From an uncultured delta proteobacterium (lineage in GTDB: Bacteria > Desulfobacterota > WTBG01 > CAIYCZ01 > CAIRTM01), in contig CAWDSQ010000014.1 in assembly GCA_963804955.1 (NCBI GenBank), positions 64,001 to 128,000 of the forward strand: DNA of 64,000 nucleotides, in the 5' to 3' direction. Under the pieces are notes generated by a model. The model had not been told where the DNA came from, did not search any database, and was given only the letters and a program-made list of their open reading frames with translations. Within the stretch, counting starts at the first letter, position 1. The number at the start of each line of letters is the position of its first letter. Of this stretch, positions 44,109 through 55,443 are shown piece after piece. The position numbers and the translations under genes were made by a program.

Positions 44109-45684
44109 ATGGACGCAGCAGCATTTCAATCTCAGCTTGAATTCTATATGCCGCCCTGCGGCGTATGCAATATGGAGACGCTGCGCTTCACGCCCGAGAT
44201 GCTGAAAATTTTCTATATCGCCCGTGTCCTGTTCAGCGAAACAAGCACCCACCGCATTAAAGCACAGACCGCTCCGCTTCTGAACCGTGAGGAAATATTC
44301 ACCTCGCACACCGTCACATCCCCGATTGATACCGAGGCGACAAACCCCTCCCTCATGGACAATTTTATCAACCTGACCAAAATGACGGCCCTGCGCGACA
44401 TCGCCCGCCTGCTGCCGCGCGAATATTTCCTGTACTCCGACCTGATATTTTATAAAAAGCTTGCCAACCGGGAGCTCATAAAAATCGATTATGAAAGCCC
44501 GTCCGGGGGCGTTACGTCAGTTGACAGCTTTCTCAAACACCATGAAACCGAGCTGAAGCGCAGCCAGAAAGTGTATCTGCTGTTTGACAACTCAACATCC
44601 ATGAACGGCGAAAAGTTCAAAAAGCTCTTCGTCGCCAAGGCCATCGCCATTGAATATCTGCGCCGCGTCTGCCGGGAGCATCCGCAGATATACTTTCGCT
44701 CTTTTCACACTGACGTGGGCAGCCTGGTAAAAGCCGCAACCGAAGAAAGCATCTACAAGCTCATCAACCACATCTCCCAAATCCAGACCGGCGGCGGCCG
44801 CATCACCAATATCGGCGATGCCATCGTGCAGGCCATCGAAGACATTACCGCCGACCCCGAGCTTGAGCAGGCTGAAATCATGGTGCTGACCGACGGCTTC
44901 GGCCCCATCCCGACGGATTTACGGCAGCAGCTCGGCGAAATCAAGCTCCACATCGTTCTGATTCCGGACCTTGACATTGAAAAAATCCTCACCCTGTACC
45001 CGACCCGGCAGGAGTGGGAGCGCGGCGGGCCATCAGGCACCCGGCCCATGCCCGACTTCTGGCAGTACTACAGCAAAACGCCTCCTCCCATGTTTCTCGA
45101 AGGAGAGGAGATGTACAAGGACACGATGCGCTCCTATCAGCTGGCCAGCAAGTCCATCTCCGACCAGAAAGCGCTTGAAGTACTCCAGGGGCTCAACCAG
45201 ATCTATAAGCTGCATGATGTGTGCAAGGAATTTATCTTCGTGCTCATCACCTCGATTCTCAACGAATCGTTTCAATTTTCCGTCAGCGACCTTGAGAGCA
45301 TGGAAGCCCATATCCGCGAGCTGAACGAAAAAGATATAAGCGCCATGAACAACGAGCAGAAGCTGCAGTTTCTGCAGGCGGTCAATTTCCTGCTCCAGTT
45401 TTTGATGATGGCCCGGTCAAATGCCAAAGACAAGGCGACCAAGCAGAAAATAGGCGAGCTGCGCGTATTCCTCGAGGCGATCCAGGCCCGCATTATGCAG
45501 GACCCCTGGATACGCACCATGCTCCAGGCCGATGATATTAAAATCAACTTCAAGTTCGACCTCGGGCGCCGCGCGCAAGGAAGACCAGATGCCGATGCTT
45601 GAGGCTTTCGGCTGGCTCATGCGGTTTTTCTGGCAAACAATTTCCGACGCCTTCCGCCGCATCTGGCATGAGTATAAGATGTGA
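44109..45684 (+). CDS. VWA-domain protein, ViaA-like (frameshift near 45570)
   Basis: MIDAS motif LLFDNSTSM, GGGRITNIGDAI, IMVLTDG; follows the AAA+ gene. Confidence 0.8.
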
Positions 45685-45754
45685 GCTCGTCAGCAACTGC
45701 AAACCGTGACCGCACGACGCCCCATCTTTTGTCTTTAACACCTCGGCAATAAAC

Positions 45755-47076
45755 ATGACGAAAAAAAACCTCACCATCTCATTTACAACCCTTGGGTGCA
45801 AGGTCAACCAGTACGACTCGGGCGCCATGGCTGACGTGCTGAGGCAGGAAGGCTACAGCATAGCGCCGACGGCATCAGGGGCCGATATCTGCATCATCAA
45901 CACCTGCGTGGTAACCGAGAGCACCGAAGCCCAGTCGCGCCAGCTTATCCGCCGGGTGCTGCGCGAGCAGCCCGGCTGCCGCGTCATCGTAACGGGCTGC
46001 TATGCCCAGAAATCGGCAAAGGCATTGCAGGCACTGTCCGACAGGGTATCGGTGATCGGCAATACGGAAAAAAAAGATATCGCAGCTTTTGTCGCATCGC
46101 TTCAGGCAGGCCGATCTTCATTTGCAGCGGTATCTGATATCGCGGCGGAAAAAACTTTACCACGCCTGCCTGCACAAAACTTTTTGACCGCACGCGGGCA
46201 TTTCTGAAAATTCAGGACGGGTGCAACAGCCGCTGCACCTACTGCATCGTGCCGTCTGTGCGCGGCCCGAGCCGCAGCCTGCCGGCAGGTGAAGTCAAAG
46301 CCCGGATTATCGAGTTAAAGCAGGAAGGCTACCGCGAGATTGTGCTCACCGGCATACATCTGGGGGCCTTCGGCCTTGATGCCCGGCCCCGGACAAGTCT
46401 TGCCGGCATGCTTGCGAGCCTTGAAGACGAGGAGGCCCTTGCCGGCATGCGCCTGCGTCTGAGCTCCATAGAGCCCACAGAATTCACCCCGGACCTTATA
46501 GACATAATCGCCCGGTCGAAGCTCATCTGCCCCCATGTTCATATTCCGCTGCAAAGCGGCGATGCCGATATTTTAAAAAAAATGGGGCGGCCCTACAGCC
46601 CGATATTTTTCCAGGAGCTTATACTGCGTCTTGCAGAGGCCATACCCGGCCTCAATATCGGCATCGACGTCATTGCCGGCTTTCCCGGCGAAACAGACAA
46701 AGCTTTTAAAAATACGGCAGAACTGCTGCACGGGCTGCCTGCCGGCTACCTGCATGTATTCCCCTATTCGCGGCGCTCAGGCACGCCTGCGGCTGATTTT
46801 ACGGACCAGGTGGCAGCGCAGATCAAAAAAGAGCGGGCTCTAAAGCTGCGGCAGATATCGGATGAAAAACGCCGCCGCTTGTATGCCGCCCATGCAGGCG
46901 CCATTGTGCCGGTGCTTGTGGAGAACCGCCGCCACAAAAAAACCGGGCTTCTGCGCGGCATATCGCGCAACTATATTCCTGTGCTTTTTGAGGGACCAGC
47001 CGGCCTTGCCGGGCAGGAAGTGCCCGTACAAATTATTACAACGGACACGGAGGAGCCGCAGGGGCGGCTGGCCTAA
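45755..47076 (+). CDS. mtaB: tRNA methylthiotransferase MtaB (frameshift near 46160)
   Basis: TLGCKVNQYD, INTCVVT, VTGCYAQ, LKIQDGCNSRCTYCIVP..RG, LTGIHLG, HIPLQSG, LHVFPYS.R.GTPA. Confidence 0.92.
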
Positions 47077-47230
47077 AAACCGCTGCTCCTCTCGGGCGAA
47101 GCATTAAAACAGCATTTAAACTTTTGATTTTTTTGACAAAATTTATTATATACTAATGGTAGTATTATTCAGGTTAGAATAATTTTATTCCGTTCATGCA
47201 ATACGGGTTTTCAAACATACTGCTTGAGGG

Positions 47231-47578
47231 GTGCGGACAATGATCGATATCGGGGATTTCAACATCAACAGGCGCGGTAAATTTCGCGCCAAAACCAGGC
47301 TGAACGCCCAGTACTTCATAAAAAAACAAAGCTCTCAATATCTTGATTGCCAGATCGTCAATCTCAGCCGCACCGGGGCCGCAGTCAGCGTGCCTATGAC
47401 AGAAAAACTACAGTGCGGATATATTATGTTTCTTGATATTTATATACCGAAAACACTTATGCATGTCTCGGCACAAGCTGAAATCAAGCGCATTGAACAA
47501 AGGGAGCAGGAAATTATCGGCGGTGTCAAGTTTACAGAACTGATCAGCCAGTCCGTATTTGAACAGCTTACCAAATAG
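47231..47578 (+). CDS. PilZ-domain protein
   Basis: RRGKFR (RxxxR) and NLSRTG ([D/N]xSxxG), GVKF. Confidence 0.8.
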   Translation: MRTMIDIGDFNINRRGKFRAKTRLNAQYFIKKQSSQYLDCQIVNLSRTGAAVSVPMTEKLQCGYIMFLDIYIPKTLMHVSAQAEIKRIEQREQEIIGGVKFTELISQSVFEQLTK

Positions 47579-47721
47579 CCTGCTGCAACAGCCGGATTCC
47601 GGCCATGTTCAGCCACAGGCTCAGGACAAACAAATTCTATTGTAAAATCTTCAAAAAAAGTATCTAATACAAGGTATTAAAATCTACCTTCAGCAGCCAC
47701 ATACTATATAAGAAGATTTCC

Positions 47722-48117
47722 ATGAAACGAAAAACCACGCTCCTGCGCTTCACAACTGCAACTTCTCTGGCTCTCGGGCTTCTTTTTTTCCTTGCCGTGA
47801 TCGTCACAATCCAGGAGCAGAGGGTCCAGATAGCTCTGATCGGTTTCCTCATCGGCGCAGCATTAGTATGGCTTGTGTATCTGGCTATCTGGTTCATCGG
47901 GCGCGGCGTGAGCAGAACCATGTTTCCGGGATTGTCACGGCTGCTAATTATAAAGCTCAAGCAGAAGGCGCACCTGAGCCTGTCCGGCTACCAGGAAAAA
48001 ATGTTCATAGAAACCATCGGGGCTTTTCTCACCATATCCTCGATTCTCGGTCTGGCTGCCTGTGTCTTCTTCATCATTTCCGGCATCGTCTATATCGTGG
48101 GACGGCTCAGCTGGTAA
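47722..48117 (+). CDS. Hypothetical membrane protein
   Basis: 131-aa ORF with three hydrophobic segments. Confidence 0.6.
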   Translation: MKRKTTLLRFTTATSLALGLLFFLAVIVTIQEQRVQIALIGFLIGAALVWLVYLAIWFIGRGVSRTMFPGLSRLLIIKLKQKAHLSLSGYQEKMFIETIGAFLTISSILGLAACVFFIISGIVYIVGRLSW

Positions 48118-48123
48118 TCTGTC

Positions 48124-48783
48124 ATGAATCAACCCTTTACCCGCGACGACCTGCGCCGAAAAGGCGCGGAAAAAATAAGCGGCGGCAGATGGGCCAATGC
48201 CGACCTGCTCCTGTACACACATTCTGACGGCGTCTGGGTCGTGAAAGACTTTACGCCCTGTTCGCCTTTCATCCGTAAAACATGGGGAGCCTGGATGGCG
48301 GCCCGCGAACTCCGGGCCCTTGTTCACCTGCAGGGCATACCAGGTATTCCCGCAGATCCCTTTGCCCTCGATACCTATGCATTCTGCTATCGTTTTGTTC
48401 CGGGAACAAACCTGAAATACATCCGGCGCACGAATCCTCCGGGCGCAGACTTTTTTCTCAAGCTTGAACAGTCGGTGAACCAGATGCACCAGCGGGGCAT
48501 TGTGCATCTTGACATTCGCTATATGCGCAACATTGTGGTGAGCGACACGGGCGATCCGCTGCTGCTTGATTTCCAGACATGCCTGTTTCTTAAACGGATA
48601 CCGCGCTTCGTGCATCAGTTTCTTAAAAATATTGACATCTCCGGCGTATACAAGTGCTGGAAACGCGTCAGCGGAAAGACCATCGATCCTGAGCGCCTGG
48701 CATTTCTCAACAAAATGGAAAAAAAACGCTCTCTCTGGGTGTTTAAAGGCTATCCGCTGGGAACGCGCGCATCGCGGCGCTGA
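48124..48783 (+). CDS. RIO1/Kdo-kinase-like protein kinase-fold protein
   Basis: VVKDF, RE.RAL, GIVHLDIR..RN, LLDFQ. Confidence 0.75.
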   Translation: MNQPFTRDDLRRKGAEKISGGRWANADLLLYTHSDGVWVVKDFTPCSPFIRKTWGAWMAARELRALVHLQGIPGIPADPFALDTYAFCYRFVPGTNLKYIRRTNPPGADFFLKLEQSVNQMHQRGIVHLDIRYMRNIVVSDTGDPLLLDFQTCLFLKRIPRFVHQFLKNIDISGVYKCWKRVSGKTIDPERLAFLNKMEKKRSLWVFKGYPLGTRASRR

Positions 48784-48902
48784 AAGCCCTGCAGGCTAAA
48801 GTCCACTGCAACACGAAACACGCACCAGACTTCACCCATGACACCACGATCTCCTATTCGACTACAGGCTTATTGAGCAGTTGCAGGCGCCCTCTCCTCT
48901 TG

Positions 48903-49096
48903 GAGGCTGTGTCGCAATTAACTTTGCTGTCATCTCGACCCCTTCGGCTTTGCTCAGGGCAGGCTCCGGGAGAGATCTTTGTAGTAAGTAAAATCAAGGG
49001 CTTAAGATTGATGCGCGTGACGGTGGCGCAACCTGCGGACTCACCGCCTGCGACGGATTCGAAATGACATTAATAAATCAATTGCGACACAGCCTC
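48903..49096. repeat. MITE/REP-like element (locus C1)
   Basis: Perfect 17-bp terminal IR GAGGCTGTGTCGCAATT/AATTGCGACACAGCCTC enclosing TGTCATCTCGA...TCGAAATGACA, homologous to 9934-10182. Confidence 0.85.
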
Positions 49097-49119
49097 TTGT
49101 GGTGAGGTGGGCTGAGGGG

Positions 49120-49276
49120 GCCTGCATAAAAATTTGGAAAAGCATCCCTATTCGTTCGCCCTGAGCCTGTCGAAGAGCAGAACTATCGCATGCTCGTAAG
49201 GCAAATTTCCGTTCATGATTCGACAAGCCCACCACGAACGGACATGCGTTGAGCGTACAATGCGGCTGCAAAATAA
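49120..49276. repeat. REP-like element (locus C2), inverted relative of 35878-36027
   Basis: CGTTCGCCCTGAGCCTGTCGAAG...CCGTTCATG.TTCGACAAGC.CACCACGAACGG with matching flanks. Confidence 0.8.
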
Positions 49277-49284
49277 TACGTGCT

Positions 49285-50304
49285 TTAACTTTTCAGCATC
49301 TGCAGCAGTTCTTTAACACGCTGAGGCGTTGGAATAGTGTAGGGGCATTTTTCAATACATGCACCGCATCCGGCGCATTTTTCAAGGGCCGGAAGCATTC
49401 GCTTTGCAAGTTCAAGTGTGTAGGCAACATCATCGCTCATGGGCTTCTGCCATGTTTTCATGTGCAGCATATGCACAAAGGGAATCATAATCCCATTCGG
49501 GCATGGCATGCAGTACGAGCACCGTCGGCAGAACTCCTTCCCGAGCACTGCAACTTCATCCTCAAGGCCGCGCAGTTCCCCGCCTGAAAGCGGCTGCCGA
49601 TTTTCAAAAACATTAAAATTTTGTTCAAGCTGCTCCATCGACATCATGCCGGGCGTCACAACGCCCGCTGGATGATTAAAGAAAAACCGCAATGCAAGAG
49701 CCTTGCTTTCGATAACGCCTCCGGCAAGCGGCTTCATGACCGAAGTCGCAACCCCCAGCGAAACCGCCTTTGCGAGCAGCCCATCAAGCGGTTCCCGCTC
49801 AATTATATTAAAGGGAAACATGGCAAGTTCAAACTCACCTGTATCGAGGGCCTCGGAAAGCGTTTTGGGATTGTGGCTGGTGATGGCGATATGGCCAATG
49901 CGGCCCCTGGCCTTCTGCTCCTTAAGAAAGGAAAGCGGCTCCTTCATTGCCATTTCCAGCTCACCCGGCTGATTGACGGCATGAAAACCATAAAAATCTA
50001 TGCGCTGGAGCTTGAGCCGTTCAAAACTCTGCTCAAAATCCCCGCGGAACGCATCAAGGCCCATTTTATAACTTGCTGAGCGCGATGTGATCACAAAATC
50101 CTTCCCGCACTTCGACAGCACGCGCCCCAGCTTCTCTTCGCTGTCCTGATAGGCCGAAGCCGTGTCAAAATACTGTATGCCAAGGTCAAGAGCCCTGTGG
50201 ATAATGGCATCAGACACCTCGGGCGTAACACGCGGCAGGTACATGGCCCCGAAGCCAAGCTCCGCAACTTCAAGCCCTGTTGAGCCGAGCTTTACTTTTT
50301 TCAT
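49285..50304 (-). CDS. Aldo/keto reductase with C-terminal 4Fe-4S dicluster domain
   Basis: LGSTGLEV..LGFG, YFDTA.AY.DSE, MKPLAGG, CRRCSYCMPCP, CAGCGACIEKCP. Confidence 0.9.
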   Translation of the reverse strand: MKKVKLGSTGLEVAELGFGAMYLPRVTPEVSDAIIHRALDLGIQYFDTASAYQDSEEKLGRVLSKCGKDFVITSRSASYKMGLDAFRGDFEQSFERLKLQRIDFYGFHAVNQPGELEMAMKEPLSFLKEQKARGRIGHIAITSHNPKTLSEALDTGEFELAMFPFNIIEREPLDGLLAKAVSLGVATSVMKPLAGGVIESKALALRFFFNHPAGVVTPGMMSMEQLEQNFNVFENRQPLSGGELRGLEDEVAVLGKEFCRRCSYCMPCPNGIMIPFVHMLHMKTWQKPMSDDVAYTLELAKRMLPALEKCAGCGACIEKCPYTIPTPQRVKELLQMLKS

Positions 50305-50394
50305 GGCGACTCCCTGAATTTGATTGCATAAGGCTGTTCACCTGTGGATACTCATTGCTGTCGTACAATAAACATTAATGTATGCTCGGCTGCC

Positions 50395-51343
50395 ATGTCA
50401 ATATATTTAAAATTCGCGCTGTTTCAGTGCGCCATTATCATCCCGTTCATCGCAGGAATAGCCGCTCGTGCACGGTTAGAGAGCCCGCAGGATTTCAGCC
50501 GCAGGCTTCTGCGTATCAATATAATCGGCCTTGAGCCGCTCATTGTGCTGTGGTGCACCTGGGGTCTGACGGTATCGGCAGACCTTATTGTTTTGCCGGT
50601 CTGCGGGTTCGGGCTTATTGTGCTTGGCGTACTGGCAGGATCGCTTGCCGTACGAATGATGAGACTCTCCGGCAAGCGGCGGCAAACTTTTCTCATCACC
50701 GCATCGCTGGCAAACCATGGATTCACCATGGGCGGTTTTCTGTGCTACTTTTTTCTGGGCGAATTGGGACTGGGGCTTTCGGTGATTCTGGTGCTGTATT
50801 TCATCCCGTATGTATACTGCCTGGTGTTCCCCTATGCACGGGCAGGCGCCGGCCAAAGAATTTCATTCAGGGGTTTTTTTAAAAAAATCGTGTGCGACGT
50901 CCAGAACATGCCGCTGTTTGCTATGGCAGCGGGGCTGCTCCTGAACGCAACCGGGATCAAAAGGCCAGCATATCGCCTTTCCCCTGGACGCCTTGCTGCT
51001 GACCTCAATTTCCCTGTATTACCTGACGCTGGGAATAAGCTTCACGCGGATTGATGTGCGGAGCATCCGCAGGGAGCTGACGACGCTATCAGTCATAAAA
51101 TTCGCCGTGGTGCCGGGAGCAGCGTTTGCTGTGCTGCACCTTCTCCCGCTTGGCCCTGCGCTGAAAGCGGTCATTCAGCTGCAGGCTTTCATGCCGACCG
51201 CCATCTATTCAATGGTCACTGCCGTTCTTTTCGACCTTGACACTGACCTTGCATCCGGGCTTTTCGTCTGCAATACGGTTGTTTTTCTGACAACAGTGCT
51301 GCCGGTCATATTTATTTTTAAGGAAGCGCTGTTTGCGATGTGA
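50395..51343 (+). CDS. AEC-family transporter (frameshift near 50975)
   Basis: Multiple TM helices; ANHGFTMG, IKFAVVP, QAFMPTAI. Confidence 0.75.
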
Positions 51344-51702
51344 TGCTCCCCGCCTGGTAGGCGGGGCATCTCGGTGCTTAAAATTGGTGAAATCGTAAAA
51401 GTCCCAGCGGATGCCCATTGCGAGGAAGGAGCGGAGCGACCGACGCAGCAATCTCCGACTCTGCACCGGCACATAAGATGGCCACGGCCTTCGGCCCGCG
51501 ATGGGCAAAAAAATCACCTGCTTGCATTGACCGTTTTTCGAGTCATGCACCACAATCAAGATCCTCAGGAGTAGCGGAACTACATGGCAAATCCGGTTTT
51601 TCGCAGGGGCTCAAAATCTTGAGCCCCCTACTCGCATAGAGAGTTTGCTTCACTGCGTTGGCAATGACAGTTTTTTGACTTTGTACGAGAACATCAAAAT
51701 TG
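51342..51702. repeat. Nested REP/MITE-like elements (locus D)
   Basis: Hairpin similar to 9865-9893; IR 51387-51403/51677-51695; inner CATTGCGAGG...GCAATCTC / GCTTC...GCAATGAC; GGGGCTCAA...TTGAGCCCC palindrome. Confidence 0.75.
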
Positions 51703-51897
51703 ATTTAATGGAGACCTGCCTTTTTGTGGCCGGTTACAAAGCGGGGATACAAAGGCAGGATTCCGGTAAAAAAACTCCTCGCAACCTGCCCGTGCAGCCG
51801 GAATCAGCTCGGGCAGCATGGCGCTCTTGTCAGCCCGTCCCTTACCGGGCGTATAGAGGACTTTCACCTCCCAGTGCGTGCGCCCTGCCGGGCGCAC

Positions 51898-51928
51898 AAA
51901 AAAGGGGTGGGCATTTCTGCCCACCCCA
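51898..51928 (-). terminator. Terminator of the OmpA operon
   Basis: Minus strand GGGGTGGGCA-gaaa-TGCCCACCCC followed by T6. Confidence 0.8.
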
Positions 51929-51953
51929 TAAGGTACTCATCTGTTTCTAATCT

Positions 51954-52367
51954 TTAATTCTGCCATTGCCCGTTGCGGTACATGAAAATAGCTTTCACGG
52001 GTGATTGGCTCACAATGTCAAACGGACCCTGCTTTGCGGCATCCTGCGTCTTTCCATGACGCTGGTACTTTACCTCATTATAAGACAGTATGCCGACATA
52101 GATCTTTTTTGCAGGATCTGCTAGTTTCACCTGAGTACTGTAATTATCGCTGAACCCGTCATACTCAGCTATAAAGCCTTGATCAACCTTGCGGTAATGC
52201 ATCTTTTTGAATGCAAAATTGCTTACCGTTTGCATCCAATCATTGCAAAAGGTTGTAAAACGCTTCTCTACCGATTGAGGCTCAGCTGCCCATACAGCAC
52301 CGGGCGCTAACGCAATACACAACATTCCAACGAGGCACAGTTTAAAAAGTCTTTTTTTTGCCAGCAT
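51954..52367 (-). CDS. Exported hypothetical protein
   Basis: Signal peptide (VWA-A); translationally coupled to the OmpA gene. Confidence 0.65.
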   Translation of the reverse strand: MLAKKRLFKLCLVGMLCIALAPGAVWAAEPQSVEKRFTTFCNDWMQTVSNFAFKKMHYRKVDQGFIAEYDGFSDNYSTQVKLADPAKKIYVGILSYNEVKYQRHGKTQDAAKQGPFDIVSQSPVKAIFMYRNGQWQN

Positions 52368-53007
52368 TACTCGGCAACTTTAAACTCAACGCGCCGATTG
52401 ATCATGCGGCCTTTTTTGGTCTTGTTGTCGGCAATGGGATTTGCTTCGCCGTTGCCCACCGCGGTGAACCGCTCAGCCGCAAGGCCCTTACCAACCAGGT
52501 AGTCCTTTGCCGCCGCAGCACGCTTCTCGGAAAGCTTCGCATTATACTTCTCGGAACCCATATTGCAGGTGTTGCCCTCAATGGTCACATTCTTACTGGC
52601 GCATGCCGGCTTCTGCAGTGCTGCTGCCGCCTCGTCAAGAATCGGATAGTATTCTGGCTTAATTGTGGCCTTGTCAAAGTCAAACTGAACCGAATTTATT
52701 ACTATTTTGTCGCACACGGGCGCTGCCGCTACGGGTGCGGGTGCGGGCTTGGGCTCTTCCTTGCATACCAGATAGCCTGTCACGCCGCCGATCACAGCAC
52801 CTGCTACGCCGCCGATAATGCCGCCGCGGAGCCTTTGGTCGATGGACCCTGATCCCAGTTATGGCCGACTATCAGCCCTGCAGTTGTTCCGACTGCTGCT
52901 CCAGCTGCCGCGCCAACGCAGGCGCACTTTGCGCGTTTACTCATGGTCGAGCATCCGGTAAACACAAACAATGCTGCAACCATCAAAACAATAGCCTTTG
53001 ACTTCAT
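52367..53007 (-). CDS. OmpA-family lipoprotein with glycine zipper (frameshift near 52830)
   Basis: FTGC lipobox, Gly zipper, VQFDFDKATIK, IEGNTC..G...YN.KLSEKRA, NRRVEF. Confidence 0.88.
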
Positions 53008-53173
53008 GTTTTCCTCCTTCTTTAAATAAGTTAACGGGTTTTTGTTTATCTCTTTGCCAAGAGACTCTTTAATCTTAAATTCATATACCATATAACATAA
53101 TAAAAAAAAATATTCAATGGAATATTTTTGAACATAATTCGGCAAGGTTCTATGCACCCCTTCCCTGGTTTTT

Positions 53174-53698
53174 TCAAGGTGGCGCCTCTGCTGTTTTCAA
53201 GGCTGCGACAAGCTTTGAAAATTTAGATAAATAATATTTTTCAAGGTATCCGCGCGAATGAAGCGTCATCTGACGGGTACGGCCGAAAAGCACGTCAAAA
53301 GCATCTCTTCCCGTTGCATCAACCTTAAGGTTAATTGTAATATTTGTTGCGCGCTCATCCTGCGGGGAAATACGTATTGCAATATGGGCAACAGCCTGGC
53401 TCCAGAACATACCTGTGTCATCATGGGCATAGAGCCCGATATCGCCCGGCACAACATTTCGTTGCAGACTTATAAAACCGCTGTCTTTATCGGCAGAGGT
53501 CACAAGCTCGCCATCCTGCGTCACCGCCTCTATCAATTTTTTCCATGCTATGTCATACGGCACAGAAAATATCATGCTGTTATCAACTGCAGGGGCAACC
53601 TTCGGGGGATAGGTTGCGCAACCCGCGCTGAATAAACAGACTACACACGCTATAATCGGGGCTATGGGCCACCAAAACTGTTGGAATGTAGGCTTCAT
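53174..53698 (-). CDS. Hypothetical lipoprotein
   Basis: FSAGC lipobox; ADKDSGFI motif. Confidence 0.65.
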   Translation of the reverse strand: MKPTFQQFWWPIAPIIACVVCLFSAGCATYPPKVAPAVDNSMIFSVPYDIAWKKLIEAVTQDGELVTSADKDSGFISLQRNVVPGDIGLYAHDDTGMFWSQAVAHIAIRISPQDERATNITINLKVDATGRDAFDVLFGRTRQMTLHSRGYLEKYYLSKFSKLVAALKTAEAPP

Positions 53699-54136
53699 AT
53701 GAATTAATTATGAAATTACTGGCTGTGTTAGTCAAGGTTTTTATCAAAAAAAATAACAATAACTCAATTTTTTTCGGACCATGTTAAAAAATACTCCTCG
53801 ACATGCAGTGCCATAACCCGGCAGTCTGCGAATGAAGCGGCCTCTTTCTGCACAAAGCAGGGTTCACCATTACTGTAGAACAAGGCGGCTCTACCGCCCA
53901 CCTCCAAACATAATCCAATGGGCACAAAAAAACCTTGCGCCTGTTTGCAAAAAATGGTGTACTTATTACCGGTTACCCCAGCCTGTAAACTTTAAATACT
54001 GCAACAATCCGGTTAAGAACTGCACGTGCTGAACCGATAAAATTAACTCGGCTAGAACATGGTCCAGCTACAACTTTCAATTGACTTGTATGCTTTTTAG
54101 CTTAATAATGTTTTATTATTAATACAGTTTTCATGC

Positions 54137-54152
54137 AGGCACTATCCTTGCT
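54137..54152 (+). promoter_or_regulatory. Sigma-54 promoter of the Chp operon
   Basis: AGGCAC-TATCC-TTGCT with consensus spacing. Confidence 0.65.
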
Positions 54153-54276
54153 GTTATCTGCAACGTGATTGGTGCCTGTGCAGCAGTTCAATCCCCATCA
54201 AGCTGCACAGAGAACGCACGGGGGTAAAGACCCAAAGCAGTGGCCCGGATACTACGAGGGCAAGGAAAAAAAAGAC

Positions 54277-55443
54277 ATGCAGGAAAACAGGCCAGCATCC
54301 ACCAAGCCGCGGTCAAAGGCAACCATACTTGTCGTAGATGACAGCCCTACCATAAGAAAGCTTGTTTCAATGACCCTTGAAAGCAGGGGGTACTGCGTTG
54401 TTGTAGCCTGCGACGGCGTAGATGGTCTTGCAAAAATGCAGGAAGGAATTCCCGATCTGATTCTCTCTGATATATCCATGCCCAGGCTTGACGGCTATCA
54501 ATTCTGCAAGGTCGTTAAAAGCAACAAAGAAACAAAACACATTCCGGTTATAATGCTCTCTGGCAATGATGGTCTTTTTGACAAGGTCCGCGGCAAAATG
54601 GCGGGTTCTGCAAATTACATCACAAAGCCATTTGAGCCGAACCATCTGGTAAAAGAAATTGAGAGATTTGTTAAAACAGAGAGAGCCCCTGCGCCTGCGC
54701 CGCCCCCAAAACAGCCTGCAGCAGCCGCACAGGCGCCGGCTACAGCCGGCAGGGGCACAGTTGTTAAGCCCGTCGATGCTGAAGCGGCCAAACAAATTTC
54801 AAAAAAACTTTCAGGAATTTATATACCAACGGCTATGTCTTCCGGAAGCACCGGCCAAAGCCAGGCTATGCCCGGCGGAACCGGCCTGTCAGGCGGGGGG
54901 GGGAACAAACAGCTGCCGATGGGGCACAACCTCAAGCACCAGCGGCAAAACGGCCTGCGCCGAAACTCCATGATGAGCCGGAAATTAAAATTTTCTATCA
55001 CAACGAAGCTACTGCTGCGCCGCCCCCCGAACAGGCAGGCTCTCCTTCTCCTATGAACAAGGCTTCTGCTGGGGGTGGACCAGGGCAAGACCAGGGTTGC
55101 GCCACAGGCAGCACAACCTACTGCCGGCGCTGGATTAGGAGGCGGGCCGGCAGTAGCCGCTTCTGCCCAGGCTTCGAAAAATATTCCGCCCCCAGCAACT
55201 GGTTTGCAGCCCCAGCCTGTCCGGACTGCGCCTTCCGGCGCAGAGGTGCATCATACAGCACAACCTTCTGCCGCGCCACGGCCCGCTGCACCTCCCCCGT
55301 TGCGAGCAGCGGCGCCGACACAGCACGGCACCATAAAAGCAACCTGTCCCGGATGCCGCACTGTCTATACGAATATAAAGCCTGAGCATGTTGGCAAGTA
55401 TGCACGGTGCAAAAAATGCGAAACACGATTCCTGATCAGCTAG
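54277..55443 (+). CDS. PilG-like response regulator with Pro/Ala linker and C-terminal zinc ribbon (frameshifted)
   Basis: VVDDSPTIRK, DISMPRLDGYQ.CK, MLSG.DGLFDKVRG.MAG...YITKPF; terminal CPGC...CKKC. Confidence 0.8.
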
